Of a stretch of 64,000 nucleotides of DNA, positions 1 through 8,228 are shown piece by piece. This DNA is from Planctomycetota bacterium (GTDB lineage: Bacteria > Planctomycetota > UBA1135 > UBA2386). The translations under genes were made by a program, and so were the position numbers. The notes beneath the pieces were generated by a model that saw only the letters and a program-made list of their open reading frames with translations, was not told where the DNA came from and did not search any database. The stretch covers positions 5,792,001 through 5,856,000 of the forward strand of contig JBKAGP010000001.1 in assembly GCA_046290465.1 (NCBI GenBank). The letters run 5' to 3'. The stretch's first letter is position 1; each line of letters opens with the position of its first letter.

Positions 1-1368
1 ATGTCCCATCCCGATCCCAATCCACCCGGCGAAAAGCCGCTGCAGGGCGAGTCCTTGCTGCGCGAAGCCACCGAAGTCGATGGCTTCAAGGTACTGCCGC
101 CAGCTGTTCTCTACGCTCGAATCGGCGAAGGCGGGATGGGTGCCGTCTTCCGCGGTAGACACTGCCAGTTGGACATCGACGTCGCGGTCAAGTGCCTGCT
201 GCCGTCGATGAGCGCGGCACGTCCCGAACTCGTGAAGCGCTTCACACGCGAGGCACGGCTCGCAGCCAGCTTGACCCATCAGAACCTGGTTCGAGTGATG
301 GACGTGCAGCAACACGGGGACTTGCACTATCTGGTCATGGAATACGTCGCCGGTGAGAACGCTGCCGATCGCGTGCGGCGGAAGGGAGCTCTTGGCGAAG
401 CAGAGGCGCTGCGCATCGTGCTCGGTGCTTGCCGCGGGCTCGCCGAGGCGCACCGGCGTGGCATCGTGCACCGCGACGTGAAGCCCGAGAACGTACTGAT
501 CGCGACCGATGGACGGGTCAAGCTGGCGGACCTCGGGATCGCGCGGGTTGTCGCGAAGGAGGCCCATGGCTCTGACATCAGCGTTGCCGGCCGCGTCGTC
601 GGAACGCCCGCCTACATGCCCCCCGAGCAATGGGACACTACCGAGGTCACGCCCGCTGCCGACGTGTGGTCGATCGGCGCGGTGCTGTACTTCCTGCTGA
701 GCGGTGAGCACGCGATCCCCTCGGGCTCCTACCTCGAGATGGCGCAGCGTGTTCGCGATGAGCCGTTCCCGGAACTGCCGCCTGGCGCTGCCATCCGCGA
801 GCCGGTCGTCGCGATGCTGCATCGCTGTGTGCAGCGCGACCCTGGTGATCGCTACTCCGACGCTGGCGCACTGCTGTCCGTGTTGCAGCCCCTGGTCGAC
901 GAGGACGACGCATCGCTGGCCCATACGGTCGAAGCTGGCGCCCCATCGGGGCGCGGCACCGCCATGGTGACCCCGCCGCCGAGGGAAACCGTGCTGAAGG
1001 TCAAGCTCGAGATCGGCGGCAGTGCGGTGGCCGAGGATCCGAGCGCTGGCCAGGAAACCGTGCGCCAGGAGCGCCCGGGTGCGACTGCGGCGACGCGCGC
1101 GAGCGTGGCTCCCGTCGGCGGGGCGACGGAGCCGACACACACGCGTGCGGCGTGTTCGACGTCGCCTGCTGCGGACCGGCGATCGAAGCCGGCCCCGGCA
1201 TCGCCGCATCGTCCACGCTGGCCATGGATCCTGCTGGTCGTGGCGCTGTTGGCCGCCTCGTACGCAGCCTACGAATGGGGGCGCGATGATCGTGTCCATC
1301 CGTTCGAAGGGACGCCCATGCGGCCGATCGACGACGAGCTGCCGGGGGAACTCGGTCGCGGCAGGTGA
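1..1368 (+). CDS. Hanks-type Ser/Thr protein kinase with C-terminal membrane anchor
   Basis: Motifs GEGGMG, VAVK, HRDVKPEN, DLG, GTPAYMPPE, DVWSIG. Pro/Ala-rich linker, then hydrophobic WILLVVALLAASYAAY. The start lies at the window edge. Confidence 0.93.
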   Translation: MSHPDPNPPGEKPLQGESLLREATEVDGFKVLPPAVLYARIGEGGMGAVFRGRHCQLDIDVAVKCLLPSMSAARPELVKRFTREARLAASLTHQNLVRVMDVQQHGDLHYLVMEYVAGENAADRVRRKGALGEAEALRIVLGACRGLAEAHRRGIVHRDVKPENVLIATDGRVKLADLGIARVVAKEAHGSDISVAGRVVGTPAYMPPEQWDTTEVTPAADVWSIGAVLYFLLSGEHAIPSGSYLEMAQRVRDEPFPELPPGAAIREPVVAMLHRCVQRDPGDRYSDAGALLSVLQPLVDEDDASLAHTVEAGAPSGRGTAMVTPPPRETVLKVKLEIGGSAVAEDPSAGQETVRQERPGATAATRASVAPVGGATEPTHTRAACSTSPAADRRSKPAPASPHRPRWPWILLVVALLAASYAAYEWGRDDRVHPFEGTPMRPIDDELPGELGRGR

Positions 1369-1435
1369 GCGCGTGCCGCCGATTCCTTGACGCCTGCGGA
1401 GCTACCGCCTCGAATCTCAGTCGGGTGAAGCCCGG

Positions 1436-2254
1436 ATGCCGGCCACAACACGCACGACCTGCGAAGAGACTTCCTGCACCGAGCACGATGCAGGCGGCTG
1501 CTCGAGTTGGGACGATCAGGGGTTCGAGCTGATGCGGATCCTCCAGGCGAGTCCGCCACAGGAATGCCCGTTCTTCGAACTCGTGTTGCGGCCCAGTGTC
1601 GTCGCCGCGTCACGACGACTGCCTGCCAACATGCAGAACGAGGATCTGCTGAGTGAGGTGGTTCTGCGAGCGCTGTCTCGCTACGGCGGGCGGGGCCCGG
1701 CAAGCGGCGCCGCACCATCGAGACCGGATCAGATTGCGCAGTTCGTCAAGCGTGTTCTGCAGGACGTCAAGCGCCAACAGCGCGGGCGGCGACGCTGCAC
1801 CCAGTGCGTCGCATATCGACCGCACGAAAGTGCAAGTGGTGGCACTTGTACGCGCCAGTACGCGGTGGGCGGGGTTGCGCATGCTCACTGGGATCGCCAT
1901 CTCGACGTACGGGCCGAACCCCATCTCCTGGAGCCGCCTTGTCGCGAGTATGTGGGTTGTTCGACCGTGCCGATGCCGGACGAACAGGCAATCGCGGCAG
2001 CCTCCCAGGGTCGCAGTTCGGTCCGCAAGGAGGGCATGCGTATCGAGCAGCTACAGGAAGCCCTGGCACGGATGATGGCGGAGAACACGCTCCGCGGCCT
2101 ATTGGTCGTGCAGCATCGGATCGATGGCGAGAGCTACGACACCCTTGCAAGGCAGCACGGTCTCAGTCGCGACCAGGTCAAGCGTCGACTTCGTGACGGC
2201 ATGCGGCGGCTGCGAGAACTGATGCGTGATCCTGCCGTGAGCGAGGACTCATGA
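1436..2254 (+). CDS. Divergent ECF-type sigma factor with Cys/His-rich insert between sigma2 and sigma4
   Basis: sigma2-like NEDLLSEVVLRAL...VKRVLQDVKRQQR and sigma4 HTH DGESYDTLARQHGLSRDQVKRRLRDGMRRLRE. ATGA overlap with the next gene. Start uncertain. Confidence 0.72.
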   Translation: MPATTRTTCEETSCTEHDAGGCSSWDDQGFELMRILQASPPQECPFFELVLRPSVVAASRRLPANMQNEDLLSEVVLRALSRYGGRGPASGAAPSRPDQIAQFVKRVLQDVKRQQRGRRRCTQCVAYRPHESASGGTCTRQYAVGGVAHAHWDRHLDVRAEPHLLEPPCREYVGCSTVPMPDEQAIAAASQGRSSVRKEGMRIEQLQEALARMMAENTLRGLLVVQHRIDGESYDTLARQHGLSRDQVKRRLRDGMRRLRELMRDPAVSEDS

Positions 2255-3042
2255 GCAACGACCACCAGGACGACTTGCAGCCGACGTTCGATGCGTTGCG
2301 TGCGAAGCTGCGGGACAAGGTCGGCAAGTCCGTTCCGAGTGAAGAACTCGACGCACTGCTCGATGAGCGGGAAAGTGCAGACGAGCGCCGGAGGCTCGCT
2401 CACGCGGTCCTGGCCGACAGGCGTTCGCGAGCTGAGTTCGTACGCCTACTCGCGATCGATCGCGAGATCGCACGCGTGGCTTCGGATGCCGCCGATGTGC
2501 CGACCCCGTCGGCGCCGCCACGGCGTGCGCATTCGTGGATTGTCGGCGCCGGCTTGCTGGCTGCTGCGGCCGGCCTGCTGTTGGTGCTCGTGTTGTCACC
2601 GCCCGGAGCGCCGCAGTGGTCCGTCCAGGTGGTTGGTGCCGAACCGGCGAAGGACCGCAGCTGGCCGGGTATCCGGATTGCGCACGTCGAGGAAGCACTG
2701 GAATTGCGAACCTCGGAGACATCGACTGGCAGCCGGCCAGCGACCCTGCACTGGGTCGCCTACGATTGCCAAACGAGGACGTCCAGGGCCGCGCTGGTCG
2801 AGGTCGGGCAACCGGTAGCGGTCGCTTCCCTGTTGCCGAGCGGGTCCCCGGGTCTGCTGCTGATCGGGGTCACGACGGGCCCTGCCGCGGATCTCGCACT
2901 GCGGCTGCAGGAACTCGCAGCATCGGTGCTCGGTCGTGGTGGCAGGTTCACGACTGCCGCCGAGCTGGCCATGGCCCTTTCTCGCGACGAACCGCCGGCC
3001 TGGGCCGAGTCTGCGGCCGTTTGTTGCGTCCAGGTGCAATGA
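2251..3042 (+). CDS. Putative membrane-spanning anti-sigma factor
   Basis: Translationally coupled to the sigma gene. N-terminal EELDALLDERESADERRRLAHAVLADRRSRAEF resembles an anti-sigma domain without Zn ligands. One TM segment (WIVGAGLLAAAAGLLLVLVL), then an extracytoplasmic domain. Confidence 0.65.
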   Translation: MSNDHQDDLQPTFDALRAKLRDKVGKSVPSEELDALLDERESADERRRLAHAVLADRRSRAEFVRLLAIDREIARVASDAADVPTPSAPPRRAHSWIVGAGLLAAAAGLLLVLVLSPPGAPQWSVQVVGAEPAKDRSWPGIRIAHVEEALELRTSETSTGSRPATLHWVAYDCQTRTSRAALVEVGQPVAVASLLPSGSPGLLLIGVTTGPAADLALRLQELAASVLGRGGRFTTAAELAMALSRDEPPAWAESAAVCCVQVQ

Positions 3043-3227
3043 GTCATGCGCCGGGCTCCTGGCCGTTCGGTCGATTCTCGCGGTGGGATTTCGCCCCATC
3101 GTTGCCTGCCGGTCCGCAAGCAGGGTGCATGGCGCATCGTGCCCTATCATCACGCCAGCGAGCCACGGTTCGGATCGTGGACTCGGATCGTGCCGCTATC
3201 GAACCCTCGCAATCCACCGGATCCCGA

Positions 3228-4751
3228 ATGAGACCCACCCATTGCCTCTTCCTCGTCGCCTCCATCGCCATGGCTGCCACCGTGGTCGTAGGTCAGTCCC
3301 AGCGTCCGGGGAAGAACGTCCAGGCTCTCTGCATCGGCATCGACGCATATCGGAGGGGCCCGCTGCCGAATTGCGTGAACGACGCCAAGGACATGCGCAA
3401 GCTGCTGCTGGATAACGGGGTGCCGGCCGGCAACGTGCGGCTGATGGTCGACGAGGAATGCACCCGTCGGGGTATTCTCGGCGCGCTGGAGGAGCTGTCC
3501 GGGCGCGCGAAACCCGGCGACGAAGTGCTGGTGTACTACTCCGGTCACGGCTCGCACAAGCGAGACCGTTCGGGGGACGAACCGGATGGTGCGGACGAGA
3601 CCTGGGTGACCGTGGAACTCGACCAGATTCTCGACGACGAACTCGAGCAGGCGTTTGCCAAGATCCCCGGCACCGTCTACCTCATCAGCGACTCGTGCCA
3701 TTCCGGTAGCGTCAGCAAGGGGATCGAGATCGAGGACGATGAGGAGATTGGCAAGTACTTGTCACCCGAAGAGATCGCCAAGGGTCGGGGTGAACGGGTA
3801 GCGGCGTCCGATTGGCGGCCGCGCGACATCGGCGTCAAGGTCCGCGAGCGCCAGGAGCGTCGCAACGCGTCCGGTGGTTCGGCATCGGCCGGCGGCAGCG
3901 TCGCGGCACGCCTGTTCGCTTCCTGCAGCGACCTCGAGGTCAGCGGTGCATCTCGTCGACGCCGCAACAGCCATTTCACCGGCGAACTGCTACGGGTGCT
4001 GCACGCGACGCGTGGGCGTCGGACGACGTTCGGCGAGGTCCGGGATGCCGTGACCCGGCTGCTGCGCAATCGAGCGTCCCGGTATCCGCAGAACCCGACT
4101 CTGTTTTCCCTGCAGGCCGACCTCGCCATTCCGATGTGGCTCGGCGGTGGTGGGGATTCGTCGCGACCGCAGGCAGCGGGCGCGGAGGCCCGCAATGCGG
4201 CGGCGCGAGTCAACCAGATCGTCGACGGATTGCTACGAAGGACCGCGCGCGCGCCGGCACAGCAACAGGACTGGATCGCCCGCCTTGGTACCCGAGACCG
4301 CCGCTTCGCCTACCGCACGTCGGAGTACCTCGAGCTGGAAGTGTCGTTGCGCGAGGACGCTCCCAAGGTCTGGTTGTGCGTGTTCAATGTCGGCCCGACC
4401 GGCAATCTGACCTTGCTCTATCCCAACGGGCCCGACGGCAATCACCCGCTGAAGGGTGGGCAGACCCTGCACGTAGGTGGACGTTCATCCGAGGTCGAGC
4501 TGCAGCTGAATGGCGAACCCGGACAGGAAGGCATCGTGGCGTTCGCGCTCGAGTGGGACCCGTTCGTCGGTGTCGATTTCGATGCACTGCTCAAGGCGGA
4601 CAATCGATTTCGCTTTGTCAGCGCAGACATGACCAGCGCGCGCCGGCGTGGGGCAGCGACCCTGATGCGTGCGCGCGATATCGGGGTCAAGCCTCGCCGC
4701 CGGGCCGGCGAGGGTTGGAGCAAGGCGGTGCTGACCGTGAGCCACCGCTGA
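3228..4751 (+). CDS. Secreted caspase-family (C14, metacaspase-like) peptidase with C-terminal DUF4384-like domain
   Basis: Signal peptide MRPTHCLFLVASIAMAATVVVG. Motifs ALCIGIDAY, LPNCVNDA, catalytic YSGHG and SDSCHSG, GADET, QNP. C-terminal LCVFNVGPTGNLTLLYPN...GEPGQEGIVAFA is typical of DUF4384. I chose ATG 3228 over the track start at 2535. Confidence 0.85.
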   Translation: MRPTHCLFLVASIAMAATVVVGQSQRPGKNVQALCIGIDAYRRGPLPNCVNDAKDMRKLLLDNGVPAGNVRLMVDEECTRRGILGALEELSGRAKPGDEVLVYYSGHGSHKRDRSGDEPDGADETWVTVELDQILDDELEQAFAKIPGTVYLISDSCHSGSVSKGIEIEDDEEIGKYLSPEEIAKGRGERVAASDWRPRDIGVKVRERQERRNASGGSASAGGSVAARLFASCSDLEVSGASRRRRNSHFTGELLRVLHATRGRRTTFGEVRDAVTRLLRNRASRYPQNPTLFSLQADLAIPMWLGGGGDSSRPQAAGAEARNAAARVNQIVDGLLRRTARAPAQQQDWIARLGTRDRRFAYRTSEYLELEVSLREDAPKVWLCVFNVGPTGNLTLLYPNGPDGNHPLKGGQTLHVGGRSSEVELQLNGEPGQEGIVAFALEWDPFVGVDFDALLKADNRFRFVSADMTSARRRGAATLMRARDIGVKPRRRAGEGWSKAVLTVSHR

Positions 4752-4831
4752 CGCGCGAGGGTCGGATTGACAGGATCGCACGGGTCGAGCAGCCCCGCTG
4801 CATCCGCGGCTCGAGCGTTGCCTGTCGGTAG

Positions 4832-6388
4832 CTACAGGATCTTCTCGGAGATCGTCTTGGCCTGCAGGAACTGCAGCAGGTAGTCCGGGCCGCCGGCCTT
4901 GCTGTCGGTGCCCGACATGTTGAAGCCGCCGAACGGGTGCGCGCCGACCAGCGCGCCGGTGCACTTGCGGTTGATGTAGAAGTTGCCGACGTGGAAGCGG
5001 GCCATCGCCTCCTGCTTGTGCTTGGGGTCGTCCGTGAACACCGCGCCGGTCAGGCCGTACTCGGTGTTGTTGGCGACCTCGAGGCCCTCCTCGAAGTCCT
5101 TGACCTTGATCAGCGCGAGCACCGGCCCGAACACCTCATCCTGCGCCAGCTTCGCGTCGGGCGCGACGTCGGCGAACACGTGCGGCATCACGTAGTGGCC
5201 GTTGCTCGGCGCGTCGTCGCTGCCGACCAGCTGCTTGCCTTCCTTCTTGCCGATGGCGATGTACTCGAGCGACTTCTTCTTCGCGTCGGTGTCGATCACC
5301 GGGCCGAAGTTGTTGCCGTAGCCGGCCGGGTGGTGCGCTTCGATCGCCTCGACCTTCGGCACCAGCTTGCTCTTGAACTCCTCGTAGACGTCCTGGTGCA
5401 CGATCGCGCGGCTGCACGCCGAGCACTTCTGGCCCTGGAAGCCGTAGGCCGCCGCGACCACCGCGTCGACCGCCGCGTCGAGGTTGCAGTCGGCGTCGAT
5501 CAGCATGCTGTCCTTGCCGCCCATCTCGGCGATCAGGCGCTTCATCCACTTCTGGCCCTTCTGCACCTTGGCCGACTGCTCGTGGATCCACAGGCCGACC
5601 TGGCGGCTGCCGGTGAACGAGATGAAGCGGGTCTTCGGGTGCTTGACCATCGCCGCGCCGACGACCTCACCGGGGCCGGTGACGAAGTTCAGCACGTGCT
5701 TGGGCAGACCGGCTTCGTGCATCAGCTCGAGCCACATCGCGGCGACGGCCGGCGACTGTTCGGCGGGCTTCAGCACGACCGTGTTGCCGGCGATCAGTGC
5801 GGCGGCGGTCATGCCGGCCATGATCGCGAGCGGGAAGTTCCACGGCGGGATGACCGCCCCGACGCCGATCGGGATGTAGAGCATCTGGTTGCGCTCGCCC
5901 TCGACCGGCGTGACCAGCTGCGGCTTGCTCGTCTCGAGCATCTGGCCGCAGTAGTACTCGAGGAAGTCGATCGCCTCGGCGGTGTCGCCGTCGGCTTCGG
6001 CCCACGACTTGCCGACCTCGTAGCACAGCATCGCCGAGAACTCGTGCTTGCGTTCGCGCAGCATCTGCGCGGCCTTCATGAACAGGTCGACGCGGTACTG
6101 CACGTCGGTGCGCGACCATTCGCCGAACGCCTCGTGCGCCTTCTCGACCGCGACGTTCGCCTCGGCCTCGCCGAGTTCCTGGTACTTGCCGATCCGCCGC
6201 GACAGCTCGCCGGGGTCGTAGCCCTCGAACGTCTTCTTGCCCTTCACTTCCTCGCCGCCGATCCAGCACGTCCAGGTGCGGCCGAGGTACTCGTCCTGCA
6301 CCTTCTTCAGGGCGGCCTCGAATGCCTGCTTGTTCTCGGGCTGGGAGAAGTCGGTGAACGGCTCGTTGCGGAAGTCGGACAGCTGCAC
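4832..6388 (-). CDS. pruA: 1-pyrroline-5-carboxylate / L-glutamate gamma-semialdehyde dehydrogenase
   Basis: FRNEPFTDFS N-terminus, PWNFP, FTGS, AEMGGKD, GQKCSACSR, EVFGP, PFGGFNMSGTDSKAGGPDYL. Confidence 0.95.
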   Translation of the reverse strand: MQLSDFRNEPFTDFSQPENKQAFEAALKKVQDEYLGRTWTCWIGGEEVKGKKTFEGYDPGELSRRIGKYQELGEAEANVAVEKAHEAFGEWSRTDVQYRVDLFMKAAQMLRERKHEFSAMLCYEVGKSWAEADGDTAEAIDFLEYYCGQMLETSKPQLVTPVEGERNQMLYIPIGVGAVIPPWNFPLAIMAGMTAAALIAGNTVVLKPAEQSPAVAAMWLELMHEAGLPKHVLNFVTGPGEVVGAAMVKHPKTRFISFTGSRQVGLWIHEQSAKVQKGQKWMKRLIAEMGGKDSMLIDADCNLDAAVDAVVAAAYGFQGQKCSACSRAIVHQDVYEEFKSKLVPKVEAIEAHHPAGYGNNFGPVIDTDAKKKSLEYIAIGKKEGKQLVGSDDAPSNGHYVMPHVFADVAPDAKLAQDEVFGPVLALIKVKDFEEGLEVANNTEYGLTGAVFTDDPKHKQEAMARFHVGNFYINRKCTGALVGAHPFGGFNMSGTDSKAGGPDYLLQFLQAKTISEKIL

Positions 6389-6591
6389 TGGGGGTTCCTG
6401 CGTTGGCGTGGGGAAAATGGGCCAACAGGATGCGGATCGCTGCCCAGAAACGCAAGCGACCTGCCGGGAGGTGGCCGGCAGGTCGTTCGCGGGGATCAGG
6501 TTGTCGGGCGCCCGAGGGCGGAGAAGCCTACCTCACGATGCGGGTTCGTGCGGGGAAGCTTCCTGCCGGGCGGTGGGGTGCTCGGCGCAGC

Positions 6592-6789
6592 CTAGCTCGC
6601 CTGCCACTTGTGGCGCTGCACGGTGTCGTGGAAGGCCTGCTTGTCGTCCCGGTTGAACAGGCGCACGCGGCCGCCGCAGTCGATGCAGAAGCTGTGGTTC
6701 ACGCTCATCAGGAACCGGACGTAGCCCTTGCAGTGGTCGCACCACTTCTGCTCGTTGTAGAACTCGGTGTTGCTCGTCGGGAAGTCCAT
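6592..6789 (-). CDS. Small 65-aa zinc-ribbon protein
   Basis: MDFPTSNTEFYNEQKWCDHCKGYVRFLMSVNHSFCIDCGGRVRLF... has two CxxC pairs and host-like GC3 codon usage only from ATG 6789. Confidence 0.75.
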   Translation of the reverse strand: MDFPTSNTEFYNEQKWCDHCKGYVRFLMSVNHSFCIDCGGRVRLFNRDDKQAFHDTVQRHKWQAS

Positions 6790-7106
6790 GTTGCTGCGCT
6801 CGTTGGTCACGAACGGTTGAGAGCAAGTGGCTTGCCAGGTGTCGGAAACCGCGACACGAAATCGTGTTGGAGCCGATGGCAGCGCCGGTTGGCGGCCCGT
6901 GGGGGCAGCTCGTCGGGCGTCGTCGGCGCCGGCGCCGGCGTCGCGACGGCGCGACGGCGGCAGCGGCGGTCGGGGCACGTGCGCAGGCCTGGCTCCGATG
7001 GCACCGGCGCGACACCGCCGCGGTCGCGCAGATCGGACGGTCCGGTGCACGCGACGGTTCGAGGGCACCGCCGCGCGACCGCCTGCAGTCTACCCCACGC
7101 GATCCA

Positions 7107-8228
7107 TCAGACGTCGATCGCGCGACGCAGCTCGTCGCGCACGCGTTCGTCCGGCTCGCGGCGCAGCGCGCGTTCGAGCGACGGGTCGCCGGGCGCGATC
7201 CGGGCCACCGCCCATGCGGCGTGGCCGCGCACCACCGGGTCGTCGTCGAGCATCGCCGCGCGCAGCCGGGGCAGGGCCGCCTCGTCGCGGCGGTTGCCGA
7301 GCACGATCGCCGCGTTGCGGCGCATGCCGGAGCGGGTCGCGCGGCGCATCGCGGTGCCGACGAACTGCGACTGGTAGCGCGCCTCGTCCATCTCGAGCAC
7401 GTCGACCAGCGTCCACGTCTGCACCACCGCGTGCGGCTGCAGGTCCTTCGGCCGGTCGGCGCCGTGGCGTTCGCGCAGGCTGCTGCGCGACGTGAACGGG
7501 CAGACCTCGAGGCAGACGTCGCAGCCGAACAGCCAGTCGCCCTGGGCCTCGCGCAGCGACGGCTCGACGAAGCCGCGTTGCTCGATGGTCGTGTAGCTGA
7601 GGCAGCGGCGCGCGTCGACCTCGAACGGCGCGACGATCGCGCCGGTCGGGCAGGCGTCCAGGCACGCCGTGCACGAACCGCAGGTGCCCGGAGCCGGCGT
7701 GTCGGGCGGCAGCTCCTCGGCGGTCAGCAGCTCGGCGAGCTGCAGGTACGGGCCGTGGGTGGGGGAGATGACCATCGCACTCTTGGCGAGGAAGCCGATG
7801 CCCGCGCGCACGGCGAGCGCGCGTTCGAGCACCGGCACCGCGTCGGTGCCGCCGTTCATCGAGCCGTGCGGCAGGCCCTCGCGTTCGAGCCGCTTGCGCA
7901 GGTCGAAGACGCGGTCCTTGAGCCAGCGGTGGTAGTCGCGGTTGGTCGCGTAGCGCGCGACGCGACCGCCGCCCGCGAGTTCGCCCGGCGGGCCGCCGTA
8001 GTCGACCGCGACCGAGATCGACGAGCGCACGCCGTCGCGCCACCGCGTCGGGTCGAGGATGCGTTCGCGGTTCTGCGCCAGGTAGTCCATCTCGCCGTGC
8101 CGGCCCTGCTCGAGCCAGCTGGCGAAGTGGCCACCGTGCTCGCCGGGGTCGGCCGGTCCGAATCGCACCAGGTCGAAGCCGACGTCGTGCGCGATCGAGC
8201 GGATCGTGTCCGGGCGGACGCCGCTCAC
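7107..8228 (-). CDS. queG: tRNA epoxyqueuosine(34) reductase
   Basis: GRHGEMDYL, RYATNRDYH, VLERALAVRAGIG, CGSCTACLDACPT, DARRCLSY, FGCDVCLEVCP, C-terminal HEAT repeats. The GTG start overlaps the upstream TGA. Confidence 0.93.
   Translation of the reverse strand: MSGVRPDTIRSIAHDVGFDLVRFGPADPGEHGGHFASWLEQGRHGEMDYLAQNRERILDPTRWRDGVRSSISVAVDYGGPPGELAGGGRVARYATNRDYHRWLKDRVFDLRKRLEREGLPHGSMNGGTDAVPVLERALAVRAGIGFLAKSAMVISPTHGPYLQLAELLTAEELPPDTPAPGTCGSCTACLDACPTGAIVAPFEVDARRCLSYTTIEQRGFVEPSLREAQGDWLFGCDVCLEVCPFTSRSSLRERHGADRPKDLQPHAVVQTWTLVDVLEMDEARYQSQFVGTAMRRATRSGMRRNAAIVLGNRRDEAALPRLRAAMLDDDPVVRGHAAWAVARIAPGDPSLERALRREPDERVRDELRRAIDV

Noticed and set aside
2535..3227. 231-aa N-terminal extension of the caspase ORF in the track
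   Set aside because: It overlaps the anti-sigma gene in another frame and is Arg/Gly/Pro-rich junk. A clean signal peptide begins at ATG 3228.
4937..6595. 552-aa + strand ORF, and similar long antisense ORFs (e.g. 22698-24440, 43187-45442, 52916-54802, 62839-63990)
   Set aside because: These are antisense shadows of well-supported genes, expected in high-GC DNA, and carry no motifs.
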